A DNA stretch of 64,000 nucleotides from an uncultured Fibrobacterota bacterium (GCA_963753345.1 CAVWBU010000027.1:96001-160000), one strand, 5' to 3'; counted from the first letter of the stretch, positions 9,928 to 20,303 are shown. A program made the numbers and translations. The notes: generated from the sequence alone by a model not told the origin.

Positions 9928-12315
9928 TCAGAAATTGAACATAAACGACGCTCTCCATTGGCCGTCGCGCGAACCGTTGCTTCCGTCGGGCGACTCAATG
10001 CCTTTCATGAACCCTTCGGGCGAATAAATGAACGACCAGTCGAAATTAATGTTCGCGTATCTGAAGCCGAGCCCGAACGTGAGCTCGAAACGGCGCCCTG
10101 CATAATCATAAAGGTGTCCCACGCGGAGCGCAAGCATGTTTGCGTACCAAAACTCTATGCCGCCATGGAGATTTATTTCTTCGAGGTTGCTCAGCAGGGT
10201 GGGGTAGTCCTCCTTGTCGTCAAGCATGCCGGTCCAGATCGCCGTATAGAAAGGATCGGGCTGTTTGTCCGGATAGTTTTTCACTATTTCGCGCTCCGCG
10301 TCGAACACCAAGCGAAGATCGAGAAATGGCGTCTGAATCGGCTTGTAGGACAAGCCAAGCCTTATCGTAAAGGGGATAGGATCCTGCTCTTGCGGGGAGA
10401 TGTAATAGATGGAGGGTCCCATGTTTTGAAGCATGAGACCAACGTCGAAATTCTTAAAGAGTAAATTTCTTTTGAGCAGGGCCGCGTCAACGGCGAACGT
10501 CATGCCCGTTCCTTCGTCACCGGGGCCGGAGCCGGGGGCCAGCGCGCTGTTCGCGTATTTGATATTCATGCCAACCGAAAAATCGTGGGCGAGGGACAGG
10601 CCGTACGAAAGCCCGAACACGCCCTCCCACGAACGGTATTCGGCGATTTCAACGCCCTGCTCGTTGGTGGAGGTATTGACGCCGAAATTGATGAAATTGA
10701 CCGACAGTCCGAGAGTGCCCCAGTCTTCCGTGGGAAGCACATAAGCAAGGTACACATGCCACAGATCGGGGATCTTGAAAGCGGGAAGCAGGGGTTCGTA
10801 GAAAACGAACACCTGCTGATTGGCATATTCGTATTTGTTAACAGCCTGTTTGGTGGCAAGCCACACGTCGTTTCCCTGAGTCGTAACCGCCTGAACGTCG
10901 TCGCCTTTGAGCGCGTTCTTGGAATGAAAGACTTTCCAGTCGGGCGGAGGCTGGTGGGTATTCCCGTGCGAATCCGTGCGCGTTTTCCCCTGATGGAACG
11001 AAATTGCGCCCTTGTTGGTGCCTATCCAGATGCCGCCGTTGGGCTGTTCCACAATTGAAGAAACGGTGGAGCCGGGGAATTTGTACCTTCGCCAGACAGT
11101 CTCGTCGAATATTGAAACGCCGTTCACGCCGCCCACCCACAGCCTGCCTTTCGAATCGACGAACAGCGCCCGGACGTCAGGATCCAAAAGTCCGTTGGCG
11201 GTGTCGACAACCGTCCACGCGGAATCCTTGCGGACCGCCAGGCCGCGGTGTGTGCCGACATACAGTGCGTCCCCTTTGCCGCAGGCGACCGCGGTTACCC
11301 CGGAATCCGGAAAACCGGAGGGAGGGCTTATGCGCGTCCATTTCCCATCGTCGTACGCAGCCAGGCCTTCATCGGTTCCCGCAAAAAATGTCCCGGAATG
11401 TCCGATACAGACGGCGGTTACGTAATTCGAGGGGAGTCCGTCGGCTTCCGAAAAGTAGTTCCATACCGAACCGTCGTATCGCCACAGCCCGTGCTGGGTG
11501 CCCGCCCACATGCGGTCGATTGAGTCAAGTGCCATTGTGGTGACGCCTTCGTCAACGGCGATCCGGAAGGGGACTTTAAGCTCCACGAGATCCTCAAACT
11601 GGAGGTCCTTCTTGGACAGGATCTTGACGATTTCATCGGCCATGGAGCTTGCTTTGAGTGAATCAACCTTGGTGGCGATTTTTCCGTAGATTTCTGCGGC
11701 CGTCCTGTCGCTTTTGGAAAGCGCCATGATGTCGTCCGCAAGATCGTCCAGGGAGAAGTTCTTCGCTTTCTGGATGGAATCCGTCACTTCCTTGCGCAGG
11801 TACTGTTGCAGCGCGCCGGTCCGCACCGCCTCGATCTTGTTCGCCTTCATGAGAATCATGACGGCGTGGCGGATAAGCGCGTCGTTGTCGATCGACAGGT
11901 ACTTCTTTGCCACGCTCTGCAGATTGTCGCCCTGAACAATGAGGTGGCGTTCATACGATTCCCACGCTTTGCCGTTGAAACGTATCACCCCGTGGTTTGT
12001 TCCCGCCCATATCTTCTCATTCATCCCGAAGGTTTTCCTGCGCTTTGACGCGATAGCCGTGAGGACGTCACCCGTGCTCATGGAATAGGCTTTCCAGGAA
12101 TTCGACATGGGGTCCTGGCCGAGCCCGGCCGGGTTGAAAAAGGTGGCGTTTGCGTCGTCAGCCACGCCGGTGAAAGCTTCGCCGAGGCCGGTTGCGCGTG
12201 CGCCCGGCGGGAAAACAAGGGTGATGACGGCGGACTGTCCCACGGCGTGGACGCCTGACACCAGGGCGCACAGCGCGAAAGGTACTGCAAGATATTTTAC
12301 AACGGGGAATCGCAT
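9928..12315 (-). CDS. PorV/PorQ-family beta-barrel with a large inserted beta-propeller region
   Basis: N-terminal PorV-type PGARATGLGEAF...DANATFFNPAGL; central repeats (GLPSNYV, DSKGRLWVG, GIWIGT); barrel C-terminus ending in F; clearly paralogous to 24361..25530. Confidence 0.8.
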   Translation of the reverse strand: MRFPVVKYLAVPFALCALVSGVHAVGQSAVITLVFPPGARATGLGEAFTGVADDANATFFNPAGLGQDPMSNSWKAYSMSTGDVLTAIASKRRKTFGMNEKIWAGTNHGVIRFNGKAWESYERHLIVQGDNLQSVAKKYLSIDNDALIRHAVMILMKANKIEAVRTGALQQYLRKEVTDSIQKAKNFSLDDLADDIMALSKSDRTAAEIYGKIATKVDSLKASSMADEIVKILSKKDLQFEDLVELKVPFRIAVDEGVTTMALDSIDRMWAGTQHGLWRYDGSVWNYFSEADGLPSNYVTAVCIGHSGTFFAGTDEGLAAYDDGKWTRISPPSGFPDSGVTAVACGKGDALYVGTHRGLAVRKDSAWTVVDTANGLLDPDVRALFVDSKGRLWVGGVNGVSIFDETVWRRYKFPGSTVSSIVEQPNGGIWIGTNKGAISFHQGKTRTDSHGNTHQPPPDWKVFHSKNALKGDDVQAVTTQGNDVWLATKQAVNKYEYANQQVFVFYEPLLPAFKIPDLWHVYLAYVLPTEDWGTLGLSVNFINFGVNTSTNEQGVEIAEYRSWEGVFGLSYGLSLAHDFSVGMNIKYANSALAPGSGPGDEGTGMTFAVDAALLKRNLLFKNFDVGLMLQNMGPSIYYISPQEQDPIPFTIRLGLSYKPIQTPFLDLRLVFDAEREIVKNYPDKQPDPFYTAIWTGMLDDKEDYPTLLSNLEEINLHGGIEFWYANMLALRVGHLYDYAGRRFELTFGLGFRYANINFDWSFIYSPEGFMKGIESPDGSNGSRDGQWRASFMFNF

Positions 12316-12454
12316 GACAGACTACCTCTGCTCCCTTTCTGTTGCCATGGCATCGGGGACGACGGCCGGTTGCTGCGGTGCATCGGCGGTGCGTCCGCGG
12401 GGGAGGAAAACGGCTCCGCCCCGGTGGCCGGTGCATTGCGTCCTTGCAGTGCTG

Positions 12455-13066
12455 CTAGTGGTCCGGACGGTAACTCGTGGAAAATGGGGTCTCAATTCTG
12501 GTGATCTCTTTCCACTCTGGCAGAGGAACTATTTCCCCGCTGCGAAATAACGGCAACATCCCGATCTCGGTGGTTTCGCGGAGCTTGTCTTTTCCCTGAT
12601 ACTTGCAAAGTTGACATCCGCAACCAAGGTGAAATGGAGGAATGACCTGAGGGTACTGAAAAATCTGTTCCCTCGTGACAAACCGGCCCTTGTGAATAAT
12701 CTTCGAGCATACAGGGTCGTCCCACTTGAAATCAAAGTAGTAGAACTCCGTGCCATCCTTGTCGCCCTGCTCGATCTCGCGTATGTTGGCCTCCATCTGG
12801 TCGTTCCACGCGGCGATGAGCTTCTCCGGACCGCCAAACGACATATTTACGTTTTTATCAATAAGATATTTGCGGATTTCTTCCTGCGAGGGCTTGTAGT
12901 CGCCGATGTTTTCGCGGGGGCTTCGCCGGATGATGGAGAAAATGCCGCTCCCGTGGATCATGGGGGACGGAACCTCCTCTTCCGGTTTCTCGCGTTTCAT
13001 GCCGATTCTGACCGCCAGCAGCAGGGCGAGCAGAAGCAGCAGGATTCCGACAACGGCAAGAATCAT
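12455..13066 (-). CDS. Membrane-anchored hypothetical protein with MuF-like Cys/His motif
   Basis: N-terminal hydrophobic helix; DDPVC...PPFHLGCGC. Confidence 0.7.
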   Translation of the reverse strand: MILAVVGILLLLLALLLAVRIGMKREKPEEEVPSPMIHGSGIFSIIRRSPRENIGDYKPSQEEIRKYLIDKNVNMSFGGPEKLIAAWNDQMEANIREIEQGDKDGTEFYYFDFKWDDPVCSKIIHKGRFVTREQIFQYPQVIPPFHLGCGCQLCKYQGKDKLRETTEIGMLPLFRSGEIVPLPEWKEITRIETPFSTSYRPDH

Positions 13067-13154
13067 GGAAAAACCGTTCGTTGCCGCGGCGCAGGGCCGC
13101 GTATCATGCTAAAACTAATTCGTCCTGGTTCGGCAATCAACAACCGCGGAGGCG

Positions 13155-14387
13155 TCACATCTTTTCGATGACGGCATTGCCAAATTCCGAGCATTTCAGT
13201 TCAGTCGCATTGTCCATGAGCCGCGCAAAATCATAGGTGACCGTGCGCTCCCGTATCGCGCCTTCCACTCCCTTTAAAACCAGATCTGCGGCTTCGGTCC
13301 ACGAAAGGTATCTCAGCATCATCTCTCCCGATAGGATAAGAGATGTCGGATTCACCTTGTCGAGATTCGCATACTTTGGCGCCGTGCCGTGCGTGGCTTC
13401 GAAGATGGCATGGCCCGTAACATAGTTGATGTTCGCGCCCGGCGCTATGCCGATGCCGCCGACCTGCGCTGCGAGCGCGTCGGAAATGTAATCGCCGTTG
13501 AGGTTCATGGTGGCGATGACGTCGAATTCGGCGGCGCGGGTGATGGACTGCTGGAAGAAAATGTCTGCGATAACGTCTTTGACAAGAAGTTTTCCTGCGG
13601 GCGCGGCACCGTTGCATTCCTCCCACGATACGACGGCCCCGCCGAATTCCTGTTTCGCAACCTCGTAGCCCCAGCGGCAGAATGCGCCTTCGGTGAATTT
13701 CTGGATATTGCCCTTGTGGACCAGGGTCACGCTGGCGCGGCGGTTCTCCACCGCATAGCGCAGGGCGGCGCGCACCAGACGCTTGGACCCCGATTCCGAA
13801 ACCGGCTTGATGCCGATGCCTGAATCCTCGCGGATGTCCCAGCCGTATTCTGAGCGTAAAAACCCCAGCAGTTTTTTTGCACCGGCGGATCCCGATTCCA
13901 GCTCCTTGCCGCTGTAGACGTCCTCGGTGTTTTCTCTGAACACGACCATGTTCACTTTTTCGGGGTGGCGAACAGGGGAGGGAACGCCCGGGAAGTGACG
14001 TATCGGCCTCAAGCACACGTACAGATCCAGAATCTGCCGCAGGGCGACATTGAGCGAACGGATGCCGCCGCCCACCGGCGTCGTGAGCGGCCCCTTGAGG
14101 CCTACACGGTATTCTTTGAATTCGTCAAGCGTTTCCTGGGGGAGCCAGTTTTTTGTCTTTGTAAAGGCCTTTTCGCCCGCAAGAACTTCTCTCCACGAGA
14201 TTCCGCGGCGGCCGCCGTAGGCTTTTGCAACGGCCTGATCGAGGACGTGTTTTGCCGCGCGCCATATGTCCGGCCCTATGCCGTCACCTTCGATGAACGG
14301 TACTACCGGGTTGTCCGGAACAAAAAGCCTGCCGTCTTTCTGCGATATTTTTTCTGTCATAGCCTCGTCCGCAATTGCGGCGGACAT
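13155..14387 (-). CDS. icd: NADP-dependent isocitrate dehydrogenase
   Basis: [49 protein letters not shown]. Start may be 14387 or 14360. Confidence 0.97.
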   Translation of the reverse strand: MSAAIADEAMTEKISQKDGRLFVPDNPVVPFIEGDGIGPDIWRAAKHVLDQAVAKAYGGRRGISWREVLAGEKAFTKTKNWLPQETLDEFKEYRVGLKGPLTTPVGGGIRSLNVALRQILDLYVCLRPIRHFPGVPSPVRHPEKVNMVVFRENTEDVYSGKELESGSAGAKKLLGFLRSEYGWDIREDSGIGIKPVSESGSKRLVRAALRYAVENRRASVTLVHKGNIQKFTEGAFCRWGYEVAKQEFGGAVVSWEECNGAAPAGKLLVKDVIADIFFQQSITRAAEFDVIATMNLNGDYISDALAAQVGGIGIAPGANINYVTGHAIFEATHGTAPKYANLDKVNPTSLILSGEMMLRYLSWTEAADLVLKGVEGAIRERTVTYDFARLMDNATELKCSEFGNAVIEKM

Positions 14388-14566
14388 CTCCAATCACGTC
14401 ATCTCACCACGAGCTTTGCACAATAAAACGGGCTTCCGGAGATTGTGCGCACCAACTCACACCCTTACCGCATACTGTTGGAGCCGGTGGAACGGAATCC
14501 CTGAAAACCCTGCCGAATGGCCTCATGAAAATACTCTATATCCCGGCATTCCAACAAGGGAAAGTG

Positions 14567-14596
14567 TTGACACCAAAAGGGGATAGAAACTATCTT
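14567..14596 (+). promoter_or_regulatory. Probable sigma70 promoter for tRNA-Gly
   Basis: TTGACA-18 nt-TATCTT about 40 bp upstream of the tRNA. Confidence 0.5.
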
Positions 14597-14636
14597 AAAA
14601 CCTGTTCCGCCGGGCGAGATTGGCCGTCGTTTATAT

Positions 14637-14708
14637 GCGGGAGTAACTCAACGGTAGAGTGTCACCTTCCCAAGGTGAAGGTTGCGGGTTCGATGCCCGT
14701 CTCCCGCT
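14637..14708 (+). tRNA. tRNA-Gly (anticodon CCC); CCA not encoded
   Basis: Acceptor GCGGGAG/CTCCCGC; anticodon arm TCACC-TTCCCAA-GGTGA; T arm GCGGG-TTCGATG-CCCGT; U discriminator. Confidence 0.96.
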
Positions 14709-14726
14709 TTTTACAAAGTCAAAGCT

Positions 14727-14817
14727 TAAATGCGTATATGCGTGAAAGCGTGTATGCGGCAAACCGGCAGCTCCGCCGGTCTTGGCGCATCTATGCATAT
14801 ACGCGTTCACGCATTTA
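14727..14817. repeat. Imperfect inverted repeat built from 8-bp tandem units
   Basis: TAAATGCGTATATGCGTGAAAGCGTGTATGC pairs imperfectly with GCATCTATGCATATACGCGTTCACGCATTTA, between the convergent tRNA and CDS. Confidence 0.7.
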
Positions 14818-15375
14818 CAATCTCGGTTTGCACACGATCTCGTGGACCTTGAGCTCGAAGAAACTCTGCGCATTCGCAGGCGTCAAGACAACCGCGGTGT
14901 CGCATCCGCTGCCCGTTCCCGCTATACAGAGCGCTTCCCGCTTCGTCGACACAAGGCCCGCATCCGCAGCCATGACCGCGATTTCCACGCATACCTTGAA
15001 TCCTTGGCCCATGGTGCGGAGCGTATAGGCGAGAATCTCGTCAAGCTGGTAGGTGTTCAGCTTGCGGCGCACGGCCCGGTTCACACCGCCAAAAGCGTGC
15101 TGACAGGTAAGAACGCGACAACCTGCACCTTCGAGTTTCACCCTTCGTTTAGGAGAAAGCTCCTGTAAGTCGTTCCCGTCAAAACCGGTTGAATGTGTGA
15201 CACATATGATAGTATTCATCTCAAATAACTTTAAGGCCTTAAGAGCTGTTGCACCGGTCGATGATGCCACCGCGATTGTTCCGATGGAAAGCTCGCAGGC
15301 TCGCTTGGCTGCAAGCGCAAGGGTCGCGGCGGTATTTGAAGGACCGGGTCTGCTGAAATAGATGATGTCCGACAT
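14815..15375 (-). CDS. Stand-alone pyruvate kinase alpha/beta (C-terminal) domain-like protein
   Basis: YFSRPGPSNT, VASSTGATA, VTH, GQGFKVCVEIAVMAADAG, AGTGSGCDTA match this small family of archaea and anaerobes. Confidence 0.8.
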   Translation of the reverse strand: MSDIIYFSRPGPSNTAATLALAAKRACELSIGTIAVASSTGATALKALKLFEMNTIICVTHSTGFDGNDLQELSPKRRVKLEGAGCRVLTCQHAFGGVNRAVRRKLNTYQLDEILAYTLRTMGQGFKVCVEIAVMAADAGLVSTKREALCIAGTGSGCDTAVVLTPANAQSFFELKVHEIVCKPRL

Positions 15376-15391
15376 TGCAGGATACCCCTTT

Positions 15392-15428
15392 AAAAAAAGA
15401 ACTCCCGCCTTTGGAGAACGACGGGAGC
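15392..15428 (-). terminator. Intrinsic terminator after the Gld-like ABC operon
   Basis: Minus strand CTCCCG ... CGGGAG stem followed by TTCTTTTTTT. Confidence 0.65.
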
Positions 15429-15456
15429 TGATGATACGACCGTTGTATTGCCGGAA

Positions 15457-16590
15457 CTATTTGCCCGCTTTTGCCGCTGCCTTTTTCTGTGCAGCCTTTT
15501 TCTTGTCGTTCTTTGCTCCGGCCGGAGTGATCTTGGGCGCGGGTTCAGGTTTCTTTTCCGGAATGCCGCGCAGCGCGTTCAGGCTCCGGTCGATGTTCTC
15601 GATGTTGTATTTGTAAATGAGGAACGTTGCCGATTTGTCGGACGACCGGACCCACCGCTTCCCTTCCGAACCCTTTTCATTGCCGATGAAAACCGATTTT
15701 CTGTCGCCGTTTTCAAACGACAGGCTGACCTGCAGAAAGGGTTTGGTGAATCCAAGGCTGTCCGCGGTGATGGCGGTATCTTCCTCGAAATCCGCGGCCG
15801 AGAAGTTCGCAAGCGTGTTGAGTATCTTGTCAACTTCGGAATTCCTCGCGCTGTCCTTGACCGGTGACGTTATCCGCCACACGGGCCGCCCGGTGGTGTC
15901 CTTGGGAGACGGGGCAACAAGCGACAGGAGAATTGAGGCGCTGTCGCGCTTCGCAAGTTCGATGCCCTTCACGAAGCCGCGGTCGAATTTGCTGATGACC
16001 TTGTTTTTCCACCGGGATCTGTCGGTGAAAAAGGAGTTTTTAAGGCCGCCGCCCACGAGGTACACGTCGTCGCTTCCCTTCGCTCGCACAAAGTTGGATG
16101 ACCAGTCGGCGCCGCTTTTTCCCACATAGAACGTGCCGATGCAGGCCATTTTTGCGTTGTAGATGTCGACCCTGGTCGCCTGGATCGTGTCGACCTCCAG
16201 CTCCGCCTGTTTCTCACGATTCTGCGAAATGAGATCCTCTCGTTTCATGGATTTCAATTTGTCGATCGCCGTTTGGACAAAAGCGCTGTCGGCGGGGTAT
16301 TCGGATATTTTCCTCGCCTTGCCGGAAGAATCGGAAGAAAGAAACGACGGGGCCGTATTGTCGGAAGGCCTCCGGTTCATCACCACCCAGTCCTTGCCTC
16401 TGTGGACAAGGAAAACCGAGTCTCGCAGGTCCTTTGCAACGATCATTCCGCAGTCGGTTTCGGAAAACTGCGGGAACCAGGCCAGGGAATCTTCCGACGG
16501 CCGCCGGTTGCTCAACTGGTTCGCGACGATGATGATGCCGACAAGCACGGCGAGAATAACCGCAAGTAAAGGGAGATGCTTCATATTCAT
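15457..16590 (-). CDS. DUF4340-like membrane-anchored protein
   Basis: N-terminal TM helix, repeated domain, Lys/Ala-rich tail; overlaps the stop of the GldG-like gene, the usual position for DUF4340. Confidence 0.75.
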   Translation of the reverse strand: MNMKHLPLLAVILAVLVGIIIVANQLSNRRPSEDSLAWFPQFSETDCGMIVAKDLRDSVFLVHRGKDWVVMNRRPSDNTAPSFLSSDSSGKARKISEYPADSAFVQTAIDKLKSMKREDLISQNREKQAELEVDTIQATRVDIYNAKMACIGTFYVGKSGADWSSNFVRAKGSDDVYLVGGGLKNSFFTDRSRWKNKVISKFDRGFVKGIELAKRDSASILLSLVAPSPKDTTGRPVWRITSPVKDSARNSEVDKILNTLANFSAADFEEDTAITADSLGFTKPFLQVSLSFENGDRKSVFIGNEKGSEGKRWVRSSDKSATFLIYKYNIENIDRSLNALRGIPEKKPEPAPKITPAGAKNDKKKAAQKKAAAKAGK

Positions 16591-18338
16591 TTTGTTTTTT
16601 CCTCCGTTTTTTCCGTGAGTGCGGGCGCGGAAACCATTTCACGCCGCCCGAAGAAAATAAGAAGGCCTACGATTATCACGATGACCGGCATGAGGAGAAT
16701 GTTGACATACCGGATCACGTTCGACGTTGCAGAACCTTCCTTGAGGTTGTCCTTCGACAGGGTGCGGTCGACCATGGTGCGCGTCCGGATGCTGATGAGA
16801 TTGTCGCCGGTGGACAGCCAGTCCACAACGTTGAGCAGGAAAGCCACGTTGCCCTGCATGGCGAACTGGCCGGAGAGAAAAGCAGATTCGCCGACGACAA
16901 CAAGATGGCGTCCCTTGTTTTCCGTAACGATTGACCGGTTCTTTGCCGTGCTGTCGGACAACAGCGCAATCTTGTGCAGCGAATCCTTGGCCGCCGAAAG
17001 GTCGGGTTCCTTCACAGGTGGAATCGGTTTCCCTGCAAAGTAGCTCTTGAAGTTGCCGTTCAGGTACACCGCAAGCCTGCTCTGTTTGAACCCCTGCTGG
17101 GGTGTTGTCCATTTCTGCTGCGGATTGAGATCGAATGAGCCGCCCACCACCCAGCTCTTGGGCGATGACGTGATGAGAACCGTGCCGGTGACCGCTCCGG
17201 AATCTTTCGCGCTTGCGGCACCTTTTTCCGGAACAAGGAGCGCCACGGGACTCACCCACGGCAGGATCATCTCATTAAGCGTGGACACCGCCGGATTGTT
17301 CTTGTTGAGGTCCTCACGGATGATTCTCACAAAATACGGGTAGTTCATGGCAACGTTCATCTGGAAGGGCCCCACGCGCTGGGGGATTTGGACCTGGCCG
17401 CAGGCCGCGTCGCACACAAGGTAATGCTCAACCCGTGCGCCGTAGTGCTCAAGGAGTTTCAGAATGCCAGGGTCCTGCGGCGCCGCAAACGCTCCATACT
17501 GAAAATTCACGCGGATGGCGTCAGCGCAGACGATGAGGTTTCCGCCCTTCATGAAATATTGGTCGATTTCGAAAAGGGTCCGGTTTGAAAACGACGTGCC
17601 GCCCGGCACGATGAGCGTCTTGATGTCCGGATCGATGGGCTTCCCGTCGGAGCAGGTGACCGTTTCGACGGTGTAGTTTTTCTCGAGGTTTTCGAAAATG
17701 GGTTTGTATTTCTCGTGCACTTCGTCGGGGTTGGCCGGCATCTGCTCCCTGTATTGCGGAGGGATAACGGGGAGCGTGTCGGTCTTGAGCACGCCGATCT
17801 TCGGGTTCTCTTTTCTGGAAACCTTCTGGATCGCTTGGGTGAGATCGTATTCCAGATTGGTGAGGTTCTGAACGACGGGCATCACTTCCTTCTTTGCGCC
17901 GTACAGCACCGCGATCCCCATGAAGCAGTTGACAACCTGCGCCTTGTCCTTTTCAAAGGTCTGCATCTGAAGTTCGGGAATTCCCATCTGGGTCACCTTG
18001 CGTTTTTCCTCTTCGCTTTTTCCCGGATCTTCGTAGCTGATCTGCAGGTTGTGCCCTGCATACGCCTTGTATTCGGACAGCATGTCGCGCACGTCCTTTT
18101 CAAGCGTCTTTACGTTGACGGGAAGGTTCTTGGAAAAGTAGACCTTGACGTTCACGATGTCGTCGAGCTTGCGCAAAACGTTTTTCGTCGCTTTTGATAC
18201 GCTGTACATCTTCTTCTCGGTGAGGTCGGCGCGCACGAAGAACTTTGTCGAGAGGTAATTGACGACGCAGATGAACCCGAGGATCACGAGCGCGTAAATG
18301 ACAAGCTGCGAACTGTTTCTGATTTTTCTGTTTTCCAT
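16587..18338 (-). CDS. GldG-family ABC transporter auxiliary component
   Basis: RADLTEKKMYSVS, LEYDLT, IDQYFMKGG, FLLNVVDWL, C-terminal TM; ATG at 18338 with GGGAG upstream. Confidence 0.85.
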   Translation of the reverse strand: MENRKIRNSSQLVIYALVILGFICVVNYLSTKFFVRADLTEKKMYSVSKATKNVLRKLDDIVNVKVYFSKNLPVNVKTLEKDVRDMLSEYKAYAGHNLQISYEDPGKSEEEKRKVTQMGIPELQMQTFEKDKAQVVNCFMGIAVLYGAKKEVMPVVQNLTNLEYDLTQAIQKVSRKENPKIGVLKTDTLPVIPPQYREQMPANPDEVHEKYKPIFENLEKNYTVETVTCSDGKPIDPDIKTLIVPGGTSFSNRTLFEIDQYFMKGGNLIVCADAIRVNFQYGAFAAPQDPGILKLLEHYGARVEHYLVCDAACGQVQIPQRVGPFQMNVAMNYPYFVRIIREDLNKNNPAVSTLNEMILPWVSPVALLVPEKGAASAKDSGAVTGTVLITSSPKSWVVGGSFDLNPQQKWTTPQQGFKQSRLAVYLNGNFKSYFAGKPIPPVKEPDLSAAKDSLHKIALLSDSTAKNRSIVTENKGRHLVVVGESAFLSGQFAMQGNVAFLLNVVDWLSTGDNLISIRTRTMVDRTLSKDNLKEGSATSNVIRYVNILLMPVIVIIVGLLIFFGRREMVSAPALTEKTEEKTK

Positions 18339-18342
18339 TGTA

Positions 18343-19059
18343 TTACTCCCACTTCCTGCTGCCGAGCGAGCAGACATTCAAGAAAAGAAAGAACCCTACG
18401 ACCGAAAAGTAGTAAATGATGTCCCTGCTGTCGATGACGCCCCGGCTGATGCTTTCAAAATGACTGCCGAGCCCCACAAACGTGAAGAGGGGAGCGATAA
18501 ACGGAGGCAGAACCATGGTGACAAACGGGGTGCTTATGATAAAGAGAACAAAGGTCGCGACCGCTCCGATGATAAAAGCCACGATCTGGTTTTCCGTCGT
18601 CGAGGACACCCACAGGCCGATGGCAAGGTAGGCCGCCCCCATCAGGAGCGCCCCCAGGTACTGGCCCACGATCTGGCCCATGTCCGGGTGCCCGATGATC
18701 GCTATGGAGATCGGTATGGTGATGGACAGCACCACGACGATGGCGAGGAGGGCGAAACTGGCCAGGAACTTGCCCAGCACCACTTCGATGTCGCTTACCG
18801 GCCATGTGAGGAGCAGCTCGAGCGTTTTCACCTTCTTCTCTTCCGCCCACGATCGCATGGTGATCGCCGGCGCGAAAATAAGAAACACCCACGGCAGAAT
18901 ATCGAAATAACCGCGCATGTCGGCCTGATTGATAAGGAAGAATCCCTGGAAGAACAGGAACGCGGTAATAATGAGATACACGGTCATGAAGATGTACGCG
19001 ATGGGCGACAGGAAATAAGTCTTGAATTCTTTTTTAAATATTGCCGCAATGTTCTGCAT
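18343..19059 (-). CDS. GldF-like ABC-2 permease
   Basis: KKEFKTYFLSPIAY, PAITMRSWAEEKK, ELLLTWP, GKFLA, TENQIVAF. Confidence 0.88.
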   Translation of the reverse strand: MQNIAAIFKKEFKTYFLSPIAYIFMTVYLIITAFLFFQGFFLINQADMRGYFDILPWVFLIFAPAITMRSWAEEKKVKTLELLLTWPVSDIEVVLGKFLASFALLAIVVVLSITIPISIAIIGHPDMGQIVGQYLGALLMGAAYLAIGLWVSSTTENQIVAFIIGAVATFVLFIISTPFVTMVLPPFIAPLFTFVGLGSHFESISRGVIDSRDIIYYFSVVGFFLFLNVCSLGSRKWE

Positions 19060-19063
19060 GGTC

Positions 19064-20032
19064 CTAACCCCTTGTAAGTTGTGTAAAGACGTCTTCGAGA
19101 CTCGCCGAATGCCGCTTGAGTTCGGCAAGGCTCCAACCGTTTTCGGAAACGCACTTGTATATTTTCTCGCCGACATCCTCCTTGCCCGACGTCACGGTCG
19201 CCTCGAGCCAATCGCCGGATTCCTGGATGGTGACCGCAGTCACGCCCGGAATCGCGGAGAGCTTCGATTGCACCTGCGCCTTCGTCCCCTTCACCTTGAG
19301 AACGAACCCGCCGGATTGCGACGCGTTTGAGGTGAGTTCGTCGGGCGTGCCTGAAGCGACGATGGACCCTTCGTTGATGATAAGGATGCGGTTGCACGTG
19401 GCGGCGACTTCCGACAGAATGTGCGAACAGTAGATGACGGTCTTTTCTTCGCCCATCTTCTTGATGAGCTGGCGTATTTCGATGATCTGGTTCGGGTCGA
19501 GGCCCGACATGGGTTCGTCGAGGATAAGAAGATCGGGGTTGTGCAGCATGGCCTGGGCAAGCCCGACGCGCTGTTTGAAGCCTTTTGAAAGTTTGCCCAC
19601 CTGGCGCTTTGCCATCTTGGTGAGACCGCACACCTGGAACATCTCGTCGATCCGGCTTTGCAGCTTTGCACCCTTGAGCCCGCGTATTTCGCCGACGAAT
19701 TTGAGGTACTCGTCCACCAGAACGTCCTGGTACAGCGGGTTGTTCTCGGGCAGGTAGCCGATTCTTTTCCGGACTTCGAGGTCGTTCTGGACCGTGTCCA
19801 TGCCCGAGACCTTCACGGTGCCGCTCGATGCGGGGATAAAGCAGGTGATGATGCGCATCGTTGTGGTTTTTCCCGCGCCGTTGGGTCCAAGAAAGCCCAG
19901 CACTTCGCCTTTTTTCACTTCAAAGGTGAGGTTTCTGATGGCGTGGACGTTGCCGAATTTCTTGTTGAGGTCTTTCACCTCGAGCATCACGGAATCGGAT
20001 GATTGAATCATAATGCACCGCCGCGGATACAT
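19064..20032 (-). CDS. GldA-like ABC transporter ATP-binding protein
   Basis: GPNGAGKTT, LSKGFKQR, LILDEP, H-loop; exact start uncertain. Confidence 0.92.
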   Translation of the reverse strand: MYPRRCIMIQSSDSVMLEVKDLNKKFGNVHAIRNLTFEVKKGEVLGFLGPNGAGKTTTMRIITCFIPASSGTVKVSGMDTVQNDLEVRKRIGYLPENNPLYQDVLVDEYLKFVGEIRGLKGAKLQSRIDEMFQVCGLTKMAKRQVGKLSKGFKQRVGLAQAMLHNPDLLILDEPMSGLDPNQIIEIRQLIKKMGEEKTVIYCSHILSEVAATCNRILIINEGSIVASGTPDELTSNASQSGGFVLKVKGTKAQVQSKLSAIPGVTAVTIQESGDWLEATVTSGKEDVGEKIYKCVSENGWSLAELKRHSASLEDVFTQLTRG

Positions 20033-20303
20033 GAAATCATAATACCCCCTTGGTATGCTCTTGAGTTTATACTAATAACATGGTCCTGTCGGGCTTTCCG
20101 CTGAAAGGCGCAGCGGCACGCCCGATTTTTTGAAGCTTAAATATGAATACTTGAAGGATGCGATGTCAAGACAACTCATAGCTTGATAGCCATTAAATAT
20201 ATGGGCGTTTAAGGATGGTTATTACGCATCGGTACGGAATTTATTGCAGGCGCAAAAACTTGCGTTTGCACAGTCCGCGCCCATGGTCCTGTTGCCGAGA
20301 GGT

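Noticed and set aside
14637-15400. Genomic island integrated at tRNA-Gly
   Set aside because: No integrase is present and I found no duplicated tRNA 3' end in the window.
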